DNA from: Catajapyx aquilonaris
Lineage: Eukaryota
Assembly: GCA_000934665.2 (NCBI GenBank)
Contig: KZ538449.1
Coordinates: 1-64,000 of the forward strand
Direction: 5' to 3'
Length of the DNA: 64,000 bases
Of the stretch, positions 13,766 through 26,946 are shown one piece after another. Both the position numbers and the translations under genes were made by a program. Position 1 is the first letter of the stretch; the number at the start of each line of letters is the position of its first letter. Below the pieces are notes generated by a model that saw only the letters and a program-made list of their open reading frames with translations, was not told where the DNA came from and ran no database searches.

Positions 13766-16700
13766 TATGGAAAATGTGAAAACCAAATGATTACACACAT
13801 ATTTTTGAATATCAAACTTATTTTTAATGAATAAGACATCACTGCTTGAACGTGACATTCACAGCATGGCAGTTATAATATTATTGTCTTCATATCACTA
13901 ATATATTATGCTGCAAAAATATACTTGACAACTAAACGGCAGAATGAGAAGAGTCAAAGGAGACAAAAATCATCGGTGCGAATAAAATATGTGCAAGCAT
14001 AACTTCTCTGAGTGCAAGAAAACCCTAAGAAAAGCTGGTAATGTCCACAAAGTCATAGGAAAATATCACAATCATTAAAATAAAGCTGTGCAAAAGTTAA
14101 TTTCTACAAAATGCACTACTCTGACATAAATTAATTGAGACTTGGAATGATAGAGAAACGTCAGTGAAAAATTAATATGGCTCAGATCCCCCCCGTGAAG
14201 GTAGTCACCCCAAAATACTATCAGAAATTTAATTACCACAATGCTCAATTGGCAACATTTCTTTTCAACTCAGCTTGACATTCCCTAAACTGGAGTTACA
14301 CAGGCTGTATCACAGGTCATTCACAAAGCGGTGGATGTTCTGAGTGAATGAAGGCAGGTCCTGTGAATGAAACACAACCAGTGAGTAAACAGAAATGGCA
14401 GAAATTGACAGATAGCACCACACAACACATCACACTTCCACCTACTCTCCGATTCACATAAGTCTGAACCATTTCGGATATCCATACGCCTGAAAGTAGT
14501 GCCCCCCATGCCGAGGTCTACCGCTCCTCACAACAGAAGGTGCAGTGTGTGTAGCGCTGCAGCTGTCGCATGGGCTGCCCATGACAATTAGGCATTTGAA
14601 TTACATGAACCGGCACTGTTTCTTTGAGAAAGCCAGCGATACTGGGGACTAATTTTGCAGCAGCTCACCCCCTCGGGCGTATGTATATCCAAAAAGGTTC
14701 AGACTTATGTGAATTGGAGAGTAGCAAACCCATCACGATAAATGGCAATTTTTTGCATTCTCTTCTGCATCTTATTACACTTTACTGCAGAGCCTGACTT
14801 TATTATTATTTATTTACAATGTGAATGAATCACACTTCCTACGCCAGTGATTGTGAAGAGCACAATATTGGCAAGTGCCAGATTGTCCGATGACTTAAAA
14901 CCTACTGTTGAACCTGCCTCGGATGTTATAATAAATGCACTCTTTCTAGCTAGCAATAGCAGATCCCCTTAAGAGGGCCGGGTACCTGGCGTTCGCGCCA
15001 CTTTTCAGGCATAGCGAGGAGAAAAACCGGTGCGGATTCATCGTCTTCGTTCGACATATCCTCGCTCCTATGGGAGGTACGGACATGCGGTTTTTGCGTG
15101 GCACGGAGGGATGACCGGGACTGCCTCCGGTCTTGGTCCGGTCCGGATCAGCCCACAAACACCGCATCTGGGACGGGAAACGCATTTGCCACAGGGGCGT
15201 CGAGCCGGAGGACGAAATTCAAAAAAGGTGCTTGTAGGTCCACAGGCCCACTGTCTATGTCTCTGCTGACGATTTTTGGTGCGCCGGGACTGTTTTTGTG
15301 GACGTGAGGCTGCACGAAACGAGACCCTAAGGACACAGACACAGCGGACAGAAGGAGGGAAAAACAGAAATCGGAAAATATTTGTCGGGGAGGGGGGTCC
15401 AGTTGACGTGGAATGCCTCATATATATACAGGGTGGTCCAACTTTTTTGTCCGAACAGCTATTGACAAATTCGGCCTAAGCTGCTTATGTTGTAGTGCGT
15501 TACCTGGCAACACCGGCCGGCGGGCCAATTCAAACATCAGCACATGGAGACGTCATATTTCAAAAGGGCCTCCCCATCTAGGGTGGTCCTACTTAGCGTC
15601 TTATGGGGACAAATTACGAGACAGACGCGGTTCTGTCACACAGGGCATGGGCTCCATTTGTCTTAGCGGCAATGGAATCATATATCTGCTGCAGTCTACT
15701 GCTAGATAAGGTATATTTTTATGAGTACAGCATTACAAATTTTAAGCAAGTCATTGGATAAAAACTGTCTGGGCAGCTTTTTACAATACAAACACTGGTA
15801 CACAGACAGAATGGCCTGAAAAACATCAATTGTTCAACAATTGAACAGGTCTTCCTATTTCATTTTCCATAATAATGTACAAAATTGAGAATGACAAAAT
15901 GGCACAAAATAATCTCACATAAACAAAGGAGTAGATCAAGATCATTTTTATCAATGAAATACTGACACACAGCAAGAGCAATTAACCCTTTCACTCGAAG
16001 GTGTTCATTATCATACACATCAGGAAAAAAATTCACACCTCATATTTGAAGGTCCAATAACCTATCTCAACAGTGACATCAGACATCAAAATAACTGGGC
16101 TACTACCCATCTTTCTTTGAAATGCAGTACCCACCTACTGTCTTTTCTGAATCCAACCCAATTTGGATCACCTACTGTAAAATAACCGTCATATTGCAAT
16201 GGAAAGACGCTGCATTGTCACTTGCCATGAATTTGATATAATGATAAAATAAACATGGCATGACAACTCACTACTAATTTAAATTGAATTTACTTTAGGT
16301 AAAGTTTTCCTTGCACTAAAATTGTAAACATACTCATGAAGGAAGCCGCATGATCCTAATCTTCAGAAATAATTATTGCGATTTTTCCACTCCCGATTTG
16401 ATTCCCCTCAGAGATCTTGAGTGCTCAAAAATGTCAAAAATGCATCATTCTGAGATAAGGTTGAAGGTCAATCAGGTGGGATGTCCTGAAAACTGCTCTA
16501 AATTAGCCTTCTGTGTTGAGGTTAAAAACAAACTCCCAAGTTCTTTGCCAAGGTTCTTACAAAAATTAATTTCCACTTCTTGCACACAGTCATGTGAATT
16601 CCTTAGCAGGCAGCTGTAAACTAAAAAAACACCTCACAGTAGAATTATTGCTCTATCACACTGTCATTATGACTTTTAGTCATATCATTGAAAAAAAAAA

Positions 16701-16953
16701 CACAATCATAATTCCCTTTGACATAATTATGTCTCTTCAACCACCCAGTATATGTCTCACGGCTGGTTTACACATAAGGACCTCTTCCAGTGATTTTGAG
16801 CCTAAGCTACTGGAAAATTCAATAATATAGCCCCTTTCCACCATGAATCTTAACTCTCTGTGCTCTGCTACTCCAAGAGATAGGAAAACTTTCAACTTAA
16901 CAGTGACTCCCATGACCGCTTGAAACTGACACTGTGCTGAGCTCCACTAATCC

Positions 16954-17228
16954 AGGGCGACATGGTGGCGGAGTGGTTAGCGCCGCAGCCTTCCACCTCT
17001 AAGGTCCCGAGTTCAATCCCCGGATCGGACAGAGGATGCTTATGTGGATAGAGTTTCGATGGGTTCTCTCTGTGTTCACGTGGGTTTTCTCGGGGTTCTC
17101 CCGTTTCCTCCCACTATCAAAATCCATCACAGCAAAGGCAATGATTAAAGACGGATAATTAAAAAGATGATCCCCTAAAAAGCCCAAGGAGGCTTATCAC
17201 GGGGTATCCATTATTATATTATTATTAT
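16954..17228 (+). mobile_element. tRNA-derived SINE with V-domain-like core
   Basis: A/B boxes, core GTGGGTTTTCTCGGGGTTCTCCCGTTTCCTCCCAC, stem-loop tail plus (ATT)n, and 14-bp TSD AGCTCCACTAATCC. Confidence 0.85.
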
Positions 17229-17459
17229 AGCTCCACTAATCCGGCCATACCTGTCAAAGACTTGGAAGACATACTTCCAGACCAAACCAAATATTGGTTG
17301 ACAGATATGGTTAGTGGGCACCTTCATCAACATTTATTTTAAAAAAACATAATGGAAGGTAAAAAACATGGTTGTGACAAGCATGACCCTCTAGCAGGGA
17401 GAGAGATGAGTAGGAGTGCTGCAATGTCCAACGATGAATCCACAGCTTTGTGCCTAGGC

Positions 17460-17757
17460 CACAGGCTTATAATACTCCGGTTCGGACACTCCATTTCCTT
17501 TTCTGTGAGTTTAGTTGCTTCCAATTTGGTGCTGGTATTTATCCACAGTTCCTAAGGTGGTTCCTGCAGACGACTCTTTGCACTGCAGCTGGATATGGAG
17601 CACACTGGCAGAGTTGTACACCAGAACCACCTTAGGAACTGTGGAGTGACACCAGCACCTAATCGGCAACTGCCCCTCCCTGCAGGTGGCCGAGCTCAGC
17701 TCCATGGGGGTCTCCATATGGGTGGGGTAGAAGCTGGGTAGAAGTGTCAGGGGGCTG
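17460..17757. mobile_element. Hairpin element with 8-bp TSD (family copy E)
   Basis: TSD GCCTAGGC / GTCTAGGC. Ends CACAGGCTTATAATACTC...GTGTCAGGGGGCTG with internal inverted arms CCACAGTTCCTAAGGTGGTTC. Confidence 0.65.
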
Positions 17758-18196
17758 GTCTAGGCTGTGCTTGTCACAACAAACAGTTGGGAGACAAAAT
17801 TCCAGACTAAAACCGGCATTGGTATTCTCATATAGAAACTGCGCAGTTCTATGGACATAGGCAAGGTGGTCAAATGCATGATAAAAAGGTTGGAAAATGT
17901 ATCAGAACTTTACAAACTACTTATGTCAGTGCTTGTAAGCAGCAGTTCTACTCCTCACACCACTTCTAAGTGGTGTGAGGAGTAGGCCATTTCAGAAGTA
18001 TACACCACTTGCATTCTTATCTGCCCATACTACATGGCCCTTACAATGGGATATAAACCAGCCTTTACACTTTGTACTGTTACATCATGATGTATAGTCT
18101 AGAAAAGACACTAAGAATTAGCATAAAGGAAAATAAAGTTTCCTGTAGTACATGACACCTTATGATTTGTTGACTTCTTTGACCAACAATTTTGAA

Positions 18197-20742
18197 TTAT
18201 GAATCGCTCTCTGAATCCACAAGTGACTTAATTCTTGAATACATCTGCTTCGATTCCTCAGCCACCTTGGGTTTCATTGACCATTTACTGGCATATAAGC
18301 TTCTTGCACTACGTCTGCTGCGACCTGCAATGAGGAAAACATGAGTAACGGGATTATAATTCCACAGTGAGCCAAATAACCTTGTGATCCACAAATAAAC
18401 ATGGACTGTACTCACCTTCAGTGCTGTCAATAATGTTGCCCAAATCCAATTCAGCAATTTCTTGGGCTCTTTCACGTTTCTTCTTTAACTTCCTGCACTT
18501 CTCCAGAGTTGGCTTTCCTGATGATAAAAATACAGCAATTTCAATTTTTTTAGATACCTAACTTACAAGGTAGTCCAGAAATTTCAAACCCACTAATCCC
18601 ATGGAAATCCATTATTTCACATGGGTGTGGATCAACCATCATTTTACCAATCCCTATGCAACCAACACATTGTGTCCTGTTTAAGACCAATGAGAGAAAT
18701 GACTGAATTTCAAACTCATGTGCCACTCGGGTATAGCTGTGTCATTCAATAAATGGCAAGATTTACCACTTTTTTGTGTGACATTTATGAATCTAGGCAG
18801 CCCCACACAACTCCCACCCCTTTGTTATGATGACGTTAGTGTAATATTAGAGTCTGCGCTGACGCTGGCATCGCTCACTGGGGCACCCTCAACCCCATTC
18901 CGTAGATTCGCAACCAGCCACATGAATGAATCTGGCAGCCAGCTCGCCCCCAGTAGCCCCAATGAGCGATGCCAGCGCCAAATTCCCATGCTGGCACACT
19001 CTTATATTAATCTTACAGTATCGTAGACGTTGCGTGGGGGTGAACCTATAGGTGTAATTGCTGGTCTTGAGGAATATTTTTAGATTTCTACATTCATAAA
19101 CCAAATTCAAAATGTGCAGATCTCAGATATGTCATATTTAAGTTACTTTGAATATTTTGTAAGGTAGGGATACCATTGAAATTATTTCACAAATTTTCAT
19201 CCACTGGTAAAAATTTTGATGCNCCCCCCCAACTTGTGAAAGGCCGAGTTTTTTCTGGGTTTTAACTCCAATTACATTACACTCATTGTCAGTTACTCTG
19301 GGAGGATAGGCTGTGGAACCAGTTGTTGCAGGATTCAAGTAATTGGCTGTAAGATTCCCACCATATTCTGTTGTCACAATTACTTTGATAAGGTGTCTCT
19401 AGTTGCAAATATTTTGTACTCATTACTTTGTACCAAAAATTATTCCTATGATTAGGAAAACTAATTTTAAAGTTGTAACAAACCTTTTAACCCATTTTCC
19501 TCCAGCACATCAATGAGTTTCTGGACCTTAGCCTTTTTTGTACGGCAGTTGTCCCACAACTTTGGGTAGCTGCGAATGTGAATTCCTGCTGTGTTTATCA
19601 TCCGCTTCAGGCGCTTAATTTTTGGGTCATCATCTGGGTTCTGCAATTGCAAGACAGACTTATTAGTATCAAGCAAGCACAAGAAATGATCATAAAACTT
19701 ACGCTTTTCTTCTCTTTGCTTGTATTTTTATCACCATCATCAGAACTATCACTGCCAGAGTCATTGTCTTCCTTTTTGGTTTGTATTTTTTCTCCATCGG
19801 AATCAGAATTGCTATCTGATGCTTTAGCAGCTTTTCCGTTTCTTGTAGGTGATTTTTCTTTCTTTTGGACCTCATCATCACCACTTGCAGATTCTGAATC
19901 ATCCACTTCTTGTTTGAACCCAGCCTCTTTTCCAACTACCCGAGGATTTGCCCCAGACCTCTTGCTCTTCATTTCTTCAGTGTCACTGTCAGAATTAGGC
20001 TTCTTTTCCTTCTTGATACCCCTAGTTTTTTGTGTAACAGGTTTCTTTGGCTGACGTTTCATATGATCAGAAATTGCCTTCTTCTCCTTCCTGACACCTT
20101 TAGATTTGCGGGAAACTGACTTCTTAGGCAGCTCCTCTTCACTGTCACTGTCAGAACCTTTTGCTGAAGTCTTTTGCTTCCTGACACCTTTAGGTTTGCG
20201 AATAACTGACTTCTTTGGTTGCGCTTCTTCACTGTCACTGTCAGAACTTGCCTTTTTCTTGCTGACACCTTTGGGAGAAATTGAACCTTTTAGCTGCTCC
20301 TCTTCGCTGTCACTGTCAGAAGTTGCCTTCTTTTGCTTTTCTTCTTCACTTTCACTCTCAGAACTGTCCTTATTGCCTGCTTTGTGGCCATTCTTCTTTA
20401 TTCCACCCTTTGCCTTCAGGCTTCTGTTGGCTAAGTCATTGTCATTTTCTTCAGTGATTTCCTCATCACCTGAGCTGGCTGACTTGTTTCTAGCCCTCTT
20501 CATTAGGATCTTGTCTTCAGCCTGGGATGACCTCTTCCGCTTCCTGTCAACTCCCCCATCACTGTTTGATTCCTCTCTTTTTACCCGGGAGAGTGGCATG
20601 TCATCACTATCATCACTTTTGTTGCCATTGCCACCAGACCCACCATCACTATCTGAGCTGACTGTCTTTCCTTTGTCATTAGGAGTCACTTCTTTGAGGG
20701 ACAGCTCCTCCTCTGACGATCCAATGCTTCTCCTGTCGGCAC
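18197..20742 (-). CDS. HIRIP3: HIRA-interacting protein 3-like histone chaperone with CHZ domain, 3' exons
   Basis: Exons 19703-20742 (K/S/D/E-rich low complexity, SDSDSEEE repeats), 19484-19640 (DDPKIKRLKRMINTAG..KLIDVLEENGLKG), 18416-18517 (KPTLEKCRKLKKKRERAQEIAELDLGNII) and 18197-18324 (stop TAA). Splice phases are consistent and the C-terminal motif is typical of HIRIP3/CHZ proteins. Confidence 0.8.
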
Positions 20743-20801
20743 CTTAGAGGGGGAATGGAAATGATTTATAACCCCTACACCACCTTACTCTTGCTAAATA
20801 C

Positions 20802-21180
20802 ACAGGTAGGCTGAAGGAGTTGAGCTTGAAGATATGGTTAGATATCCCACTTTATAAAATGCAAAACTCAAACTTCATAACAGTAATGATCATTGCAGCA
20901 GGGCAGCATGATTGTCATTGATTGCACCTGCTATGGTCATGCTACCATATTTCCAAATATTATTTTGTGAAGTAGGTAATCAGTTTACCTACAGTATACT
21001 GATCACCAACTTCACAAAATAAGATTTGGAAATATGGTAGCATGACCATAGCAGGTGCAATCAATGACAATCATGCTGCCCTGCTGCAATGATCATTACT
21101 GTTATGAAGTTTGAGTTTTGCATTTTATAAAGTGGGATATCTAACCATATCTTCAAGCTCAACTCCTTCAGCCTACCTGT
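20802..21180. repeat. Near-perfect long inverted repeat (~185-bp arms)
   Basis: ACAGGTAGGCTGAAGGAG... pairs with ...CTCCTTCAGCCTACCTGT around a very short loop. Confidence 0.95.
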
Positions 21181-21511
21181 TTAGCTATAACAAAATGTCA
21201 AGTTGACTTTGCAAATGGTGCCACAGGATTCTACACCTTCACAGAGAATGCAACATATCAGCATAAAAGTGAAACTACACTATGGCCAATTTAGGTGGTT
21301 TTAAGTTATTCTTACCACTAACGTAACATTTTAAATGCTTTACGTCCTAGTGAAGTCCAATTATTAGCCCCAAAGATTCATAATGCGCCAGCAATCCCGA
21401 ATTTTTTGTTTTCACGCAAATGCCTTCAATTTTCTCGAAGCTGGTTTTTTTTCCAATTTAGTGTGTTACATTCTATGTCAACAATATGTTCGGCATTTGC
21501 AGTTTTAGTTA

Positions 21512-22088
21512 CAGTAAAACTTCTATAAGTCGAACTTCCCTACGTCGAAGTTCTCTATAAGTCGAAGAACATGATGAGCTTGGTTGGTCAAAATGTAAAA
21601 TAATAGGAAATAAACTTCTCTAACTCGAATTTCTATAACTCGAAGTTCTCCATAACTCGAATTGCAGGCAGGGCCTTACGATGCGATATCAATGCATTTT
21701 CAGTCTCCCTTAGTCGAAGTTCATGTTGGCGAGTACGGAAGATTGTATCATGTACAGAAAGGCTTCAATTTCCTGATCTCCGTCTACCAGACGTACCGAA
21801 AGAAGTGTTTGACTCGATTGTGACAATTGAATCCTTGAATCTAAGAGTAGGCAAATGTCAATCACTGAGTTTTTTTTTACACCAAAACAACGAGGAACTT
21901 TGTGTGATACTATAAGTGATAGTGACAGTTATTCTTAAGTTTTGAAAACCTTTCGTCGCTGGATATAAAGGTAGGCTTCCTTATAGAGTTATGTGCTTCA
22001 AAATAGCCAAACTTCTCTAACTCAAATCTTCTCTAACTCGAAGTTTTTTCCTGGTCCCATGGAGATTCGACTTATAGAAGTTTTACTG
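21512..22088. mobile_element. pogo/Tigger-like MITE
   Basis: TA|CAGTAAAACTTCTATAAGTCGAA...TTCGACTTATAGAAGTTTTACTG|TA with repeated TAACTCGAA subterminal motifs. Confidence 0.85.
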
Positions 22089-22405
22089 TATGTAGACTCC
22101 ATCAAGCCTATGTTATAAGGTATGGGTGGAATTTTCGTCCCACTGCTATAGTTACTGCTAACTTAGTAGTAACCATTCCCAACACTGGTACTAACTGTAA
22201 GTTAGCAGTAACTAGCAGTGGGACGAGAATTCCAACCTATATTACTGTATATTCTTCCAAGTTCAGTTCTGCCTCCAGCAATGCCCACTGACTCTGTGCT
22301 GAGAGTATAAACTTAGGTCAGAATGGGGAGGGGGGTGTGCAAAGAAAGTGGGTCGATCTTGTTAAAATTTGAGAAATTTTAAAATCAAGTGCTGGTATTT
22401 AACCT

Positions 22406-22723
22406 TGGGGGAGGCGGAGTGGTGCTGCGGTAACGTATGCGCCCACGGATGTTAAGGTCCCGGGTTCGATCCCAACCCGGGGACACCCCCTTCATCTCGT
22501 GCAGAGTTCAGGGTCACCTCTGGCTTCGTCTCGGGTGGTATTTCCACAGACTAAACCACCCGGGGGAGTTCACTAAAAATGGCCACCACGTCAGACTGCA
22601 CTTGCACATCCCCTCCTGTCATCCTGCCCGTGGGCCCGGGCGCTTCTCAATGGCTCCAACTTGTACACTATGTACGATCAAATAATAAAGGTCCGTGCCG
22701 AACGCCGAAGCACTACCCCCACA

Positions 22724-22772
<49 letters not shown>
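22406..22772 (+). mobile_element. tRNA-derived SINE, family 2
   Basis: Copy of 7690-8066 with TSD TATTTAACCTTGG. Confidence 0.85.
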
Positions 22773-22775
<3 letters not shown>

Positions 22776-22807
22776 TTAACCTTGGAACCATGTCATGGGG
22801 TCTTTTA

Positions 22808-22815
22808 TTATTATG

Positions 22816-22884
<69 letters not shown>

Positions 22885-23752
22885 TATTACCCTTTCTAAG
22901 GTATAATACCTTTTGAGGGGGAGTTGCCCCTACAAAACAAGTTTACATAGCACAAACTAATACCCTTTTAACCATACTGTGATTTATGTAGATATTAACC
23001 AATTCACAATTTGAAAAATAAATAAATAAATAAATAAATGACGGATTACACTTTGAAATCTGCAATTAGGTAATCACCCTTTGGACTGGGCCGGCCTCAG
23101 ATCTGGTATTTAGATTTCATCTTTAAATCACAAAAGCTCAGATTTTTATGAAGCGTCAAAAAAAAGACGGTGAAGGGAATAAATGTTCATTTTCGTTAGA
23201 TCACAAAAAATAGTGTGTATCGAATCCGGTGGGACAGCCGGGATTTCCGCTAAGTACTTTCGCCGAGCACCCTAAATGAAACTGCATTCATATAATAAAT
23301 GGCGCAAGGATGTAGGGTTTCGTAAGGAACACAAGGAACAATAGTCATCTTCGCTGAAATTTATCCGACTTGTCATAATACCAAAGCCTTCCGATTTGTT
23401 TCGCAAGTTTATTTCTAGCCTTGTCATTTCAATTGGTAAGTTAAACTGTAAATATGAAGCTGGAGCAAGTCCATTACAGAAGTCCTTGTAATACGAATAT
23501 CTTGACGATTTCTCATATGCAAGGAAATCCAATTGTATAGAGCGGTCTATTATGGTTTTTATTAGAATATTAGCATTGACACTTCCGGGATCAATAAGCC
23601 AGCAACCCACGTCAGCACCCATGTCACGGAATAGCTTCTTTAAGTTCCCCATCCAGGGAATTTGGCTAGAGGAGGGAGATTTTAAATATGATAAGGCTTG
23701 ATAAGACGGTATACTTGGGTCCTGACAGGATATTTTAACAATCAACGCTACA
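22808..23752 (-). mobile_element. 5'-truncated non-LTR retrotransposon (3' end)
   Basis: ORF 23272-23745 with C-terminal zinc-binding motif CSLC..SLRHLLYEC, a microsatellite tail and TSD CATGGGGTCTTTTA. Confidence 0.75.
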
Positions 23753-24117
23753 CATGGGGTCTTTTAGGACCCCACAGGAATTAAAATGAATCGCAGTGAG
23801 TGACCTTGAAACGATAATTACATGAAACTAAGTGTATTCCTCAAAAGAACTTCATTTCATGGATCAAATCTGGCTTCATAATTTTCACTACTACCAAAAT
23901 GTAGCAAAGTCGTTGTTTTTGGACCCATGCTCTCGTGGGGTCCAAAAGGACCCCATGTCACGAGTCTCGGCATACTTTTTTGTGTCAGTTCTTATTGAAA
24001 GCTATATTTTCAGTGAAGTACCTTCAGGCTGATATTCACCTTTTACGAAACTCCTTACACCATCAAATCATGCACTCACGCTGGACTAGAATTTCATTTT
24101 GTCACCCAACCCTGCAA

Positions 24118-25425
24118 GATGTGTGACCAATCCCATCGTCACACAGCTGCTTTCAAAGGGGAACTACCCTTACTCCATTCCAAAGAATAAAGGTAAACTC
24201 CTTCACTCCTTTGCTTTGCTCAATACGTCAATGGTTGAAGTCTCACTGGTTCTACACTTCAAGCACACTGGTAGGTAGTTAATAATATCGGTAATATTAA
24301 TTAACGAAAGGGTTAATTTCAAAAAAAGGATCTCCCAAAAATCTCCTTGGCCTTTGTTTTCTTTTTCGAGGAAATGATACTGACATATTGGATTCTTTCA
24401 AAGAAATAATCTGCTCGTTTACCGGCAATTTTAGGTTGAAAATTGATGCCGTATTCCCATAACAAAGCGTGGCCCAGAATCCACTTTTTGAATAACTTAG
24501 TTTTGAAAAAATCAGTAAAAGTGTGCATGACATTTTTATCAACCTCTTTCAATGCCAATTTTCTTAGGGTGTTGGTAATGGCATAAACCATCCAACTGGG
24601 TGAACTTGGTCCAAAATTTCCGTTTTACGAAGATATAAGTGTGAAGATATTAACCCACAACTGTGAAATGTTTTTATTAGGTGTTGGACAATGCTGGCCA
24701 ATAGGGCGAGTATAAAAACATTTTTTCCATGCACAATACTACTTAGGAAATATTATGACGTCATGGCCATGTCCACCCCACTGGTTGGGGTGGACTTGGC
24801 CATCTAATTTTCCCATTACAAATGAACTGCTCTGGGCAGGAAAATATTGGAATGGGTTAACCTGGCCATTGCCATCCACATGGGACAGCTTGGCCAGTCC
24901 TTCTAATATGTGTTACCCATAGGGGAGGAACCTAACCTTACCACAAGCATAGAATCTTTGAAATGTGAACTTGGCCACTCGAAGGCGACGTGGGGGTTAA
25001 CTTGGCCACATGTTTTTAAACTAAAGAAATGGTGAATTTGATGATAGATAAGTGGTTCTGGATATTACAAGTTATAGGCTATTCATTCTGCAGTAGCAGA
25101 GGAGTCTGGGCTTTGCACGGCATGTTTCCATGGCAATGTAGGGTGATTCCAGGTGAGATCAGATATCGATGTCCAGCATGCATTTTTTTAGAATTTTTAA
25201 ATTTGGCATAGAGAAACGTTTTGTTCACATGTGATTGTGTGACTTTCTTCGATCCGCTAGCATCCATAGGTCAAGAGAAATGACCCTGTGAAAATGTGCA
25301 TGTGCTAAAATTTGATCATCACGTCAACAGCCATATTTCAGCAACTATTGGCACCACTGACATCTTTGAAGTGAATTACAATTCTGGAGGGTTTGCCCAA
25401 TATTCCTGTACCAAAAATGAATTTA
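24118..25425. repeat. Dispersed repeat, copy 2
   Basis: Near-identical to 11756-12610 joined to 13311-13765. Confidence 0.8.
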
Positions 25426-26698
25426 ATCAAAATGTGACCTCTCATTTTTTGTGGTTAAAATATATGACCTTTGACTATTTATTATTGGCTATGTTACAAT
25501 CGTACTCTGTTACAACCAATCCCGATCTCCCTTATTATAACTGACACGTACAAAAAAAAAGATCTCCTATGATGCTTGGTTGACTCATGAGGCTCAGTTC
25601 ATTGTTTACCTGTAGTTGTTCTTGACATGTACATAAAAATAGGAATGTTGAAATAAATAAGCGATACTCTGCTATACTTATCAATTACGAGAAGGGTTGA
25701 ACACTATATGCAATACATGGGTCATTTTGCTTTGCACTCGGTGATTACGCATGTCAGGTCATGAATTTGCCATGGGTGATTAGGGTGAGGAAAAAACCGG
25801 TCGCTAACTTGGGGTCCTTTTTGGACCCCAAGACAACTCGTGAGTGTTTTAATGTGAACAACTGGTTTTGAACATTTTTTTCGTTGTGCATAATTTTTTC
25901 TCGGGTATGAAAGAGTATTTGGCTGTCTTAATGTGTAACTCTTTTACATCTCAATACAAAATATTCAGCTATTATAGGGATATGTTGAACTCTCATCTTC
26001 AGTTTTTCTTTCCTGGCCCTACTGTTCGTCTCTCAGAAAAACTGCTTATGCCCTCGGAATCAGGCTTTTATGGCCGATTTTTAGAGCCCAACTTGTATTT
26101 TCAGTGGAGTGTCCCTTTAAAGGCATAGCAAAACTGGTACACTGAATAGCGAGTGAATTACACAGGGCTGTGAAATAATACGTTTTATTTTTTTTCTGCA
26201 CAGTTTTATGTGTTCCTAATGTGTTTCGATACGCTGCATTCAGACATACCAAGCGTTTTCCTCTATCACGTCAGGTTTTTCCACAAAGTGAGGATAAAAA
26301 TTCAGGAAAATCACACAGATGATTATAGCAGAGTAAAAAAGCCTTTGGTTCAGGCGTAGGTGGGGGATGAGTAGGTTTGAGAAAAAAATAGGTTACAAAG
26401 CCACGGCCATATCCTTCAAGATGAAATAGGTGGCATGAGTAGGTACTTAAAGGTACTCCTGGAAAAAAAATGTTCTTTATGCACCCACCCTGTCGCGTGG
26501 TTCAGGTGTTGCCACATTAGAGGTTATAAATTAAATTTTAACATTTTAACATTTTCCTACTTTCTATGTTTCAATTTATCGGCTTTGACCTGAAATATCT
26601 ATTTTTCTAAGCTAAATATTGGTTTGACACATGTTTATAGCAGAGCGCCCAGTATGTAGGCAACCAGACAGAAATTCACGATTTGTGTCGAAACTGTA

Positions 26699-26946
26699 TG
26701 AAGAGTCCAGGGGAAAAGGGGGGAATGTCACACAAAAAATGTTCGTGAGAAATCGAAGAAATTGCTTTATTTCTTCACGTGTATAAGGAATAATAGGGAT
26801 ATCTTCACGTCATTATATGCAACTGTCCCCCTTGTACCCATGGAAAGCCTCCAGGTATAAGTGGCACCTACGCTACTATTGTACTGTGCACTTGGCAGGA
26901 ACCCCAATGGAATGTGACATTCCCCCTTTTTCCCCTAGACTCTTCG
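26699..26946. mobile_element. TA-flanked MITE
   Basis: Inverted ends GAAGAGTCCAGGGGAAAAGGGGGGAATGTCACA / TGTGACATTCCCCCTTTTTCCCCTAGACTCTTC. Confidence 0.65.

Noticed and set aside
14300..14640. Possible piggyBac transposase C-terminal remnant (TKRW, RRCSVC, RHCFF)
   Set aside because: Too degenerate to support without an alignment.
14946..15479. Cluster of overlapping ORFs in a GC-rich stretch
   Set aside because: No recognisable protein; it abuts a Tc1-like terminus at ~15429 and is probably transposon-derived.
20106..20747. 213-aa plus-strand ORF (also 19578-20054)
   Set aside because: Antisense shadow of the low-complexity HIRIP3-like exon.
21520..21720. Short spaced repeats resembling a CRISPR array
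   Set aside because: They are subterminal repeats of a pogo-like MITE with irregular spacing, in a eukaryotic context with no cas genes.
22695..22916. Poly-L/Y/N/I ORFs (also 7254-7520 and 27111-27566)
   Set aside because: Translations of microsatellite tails.
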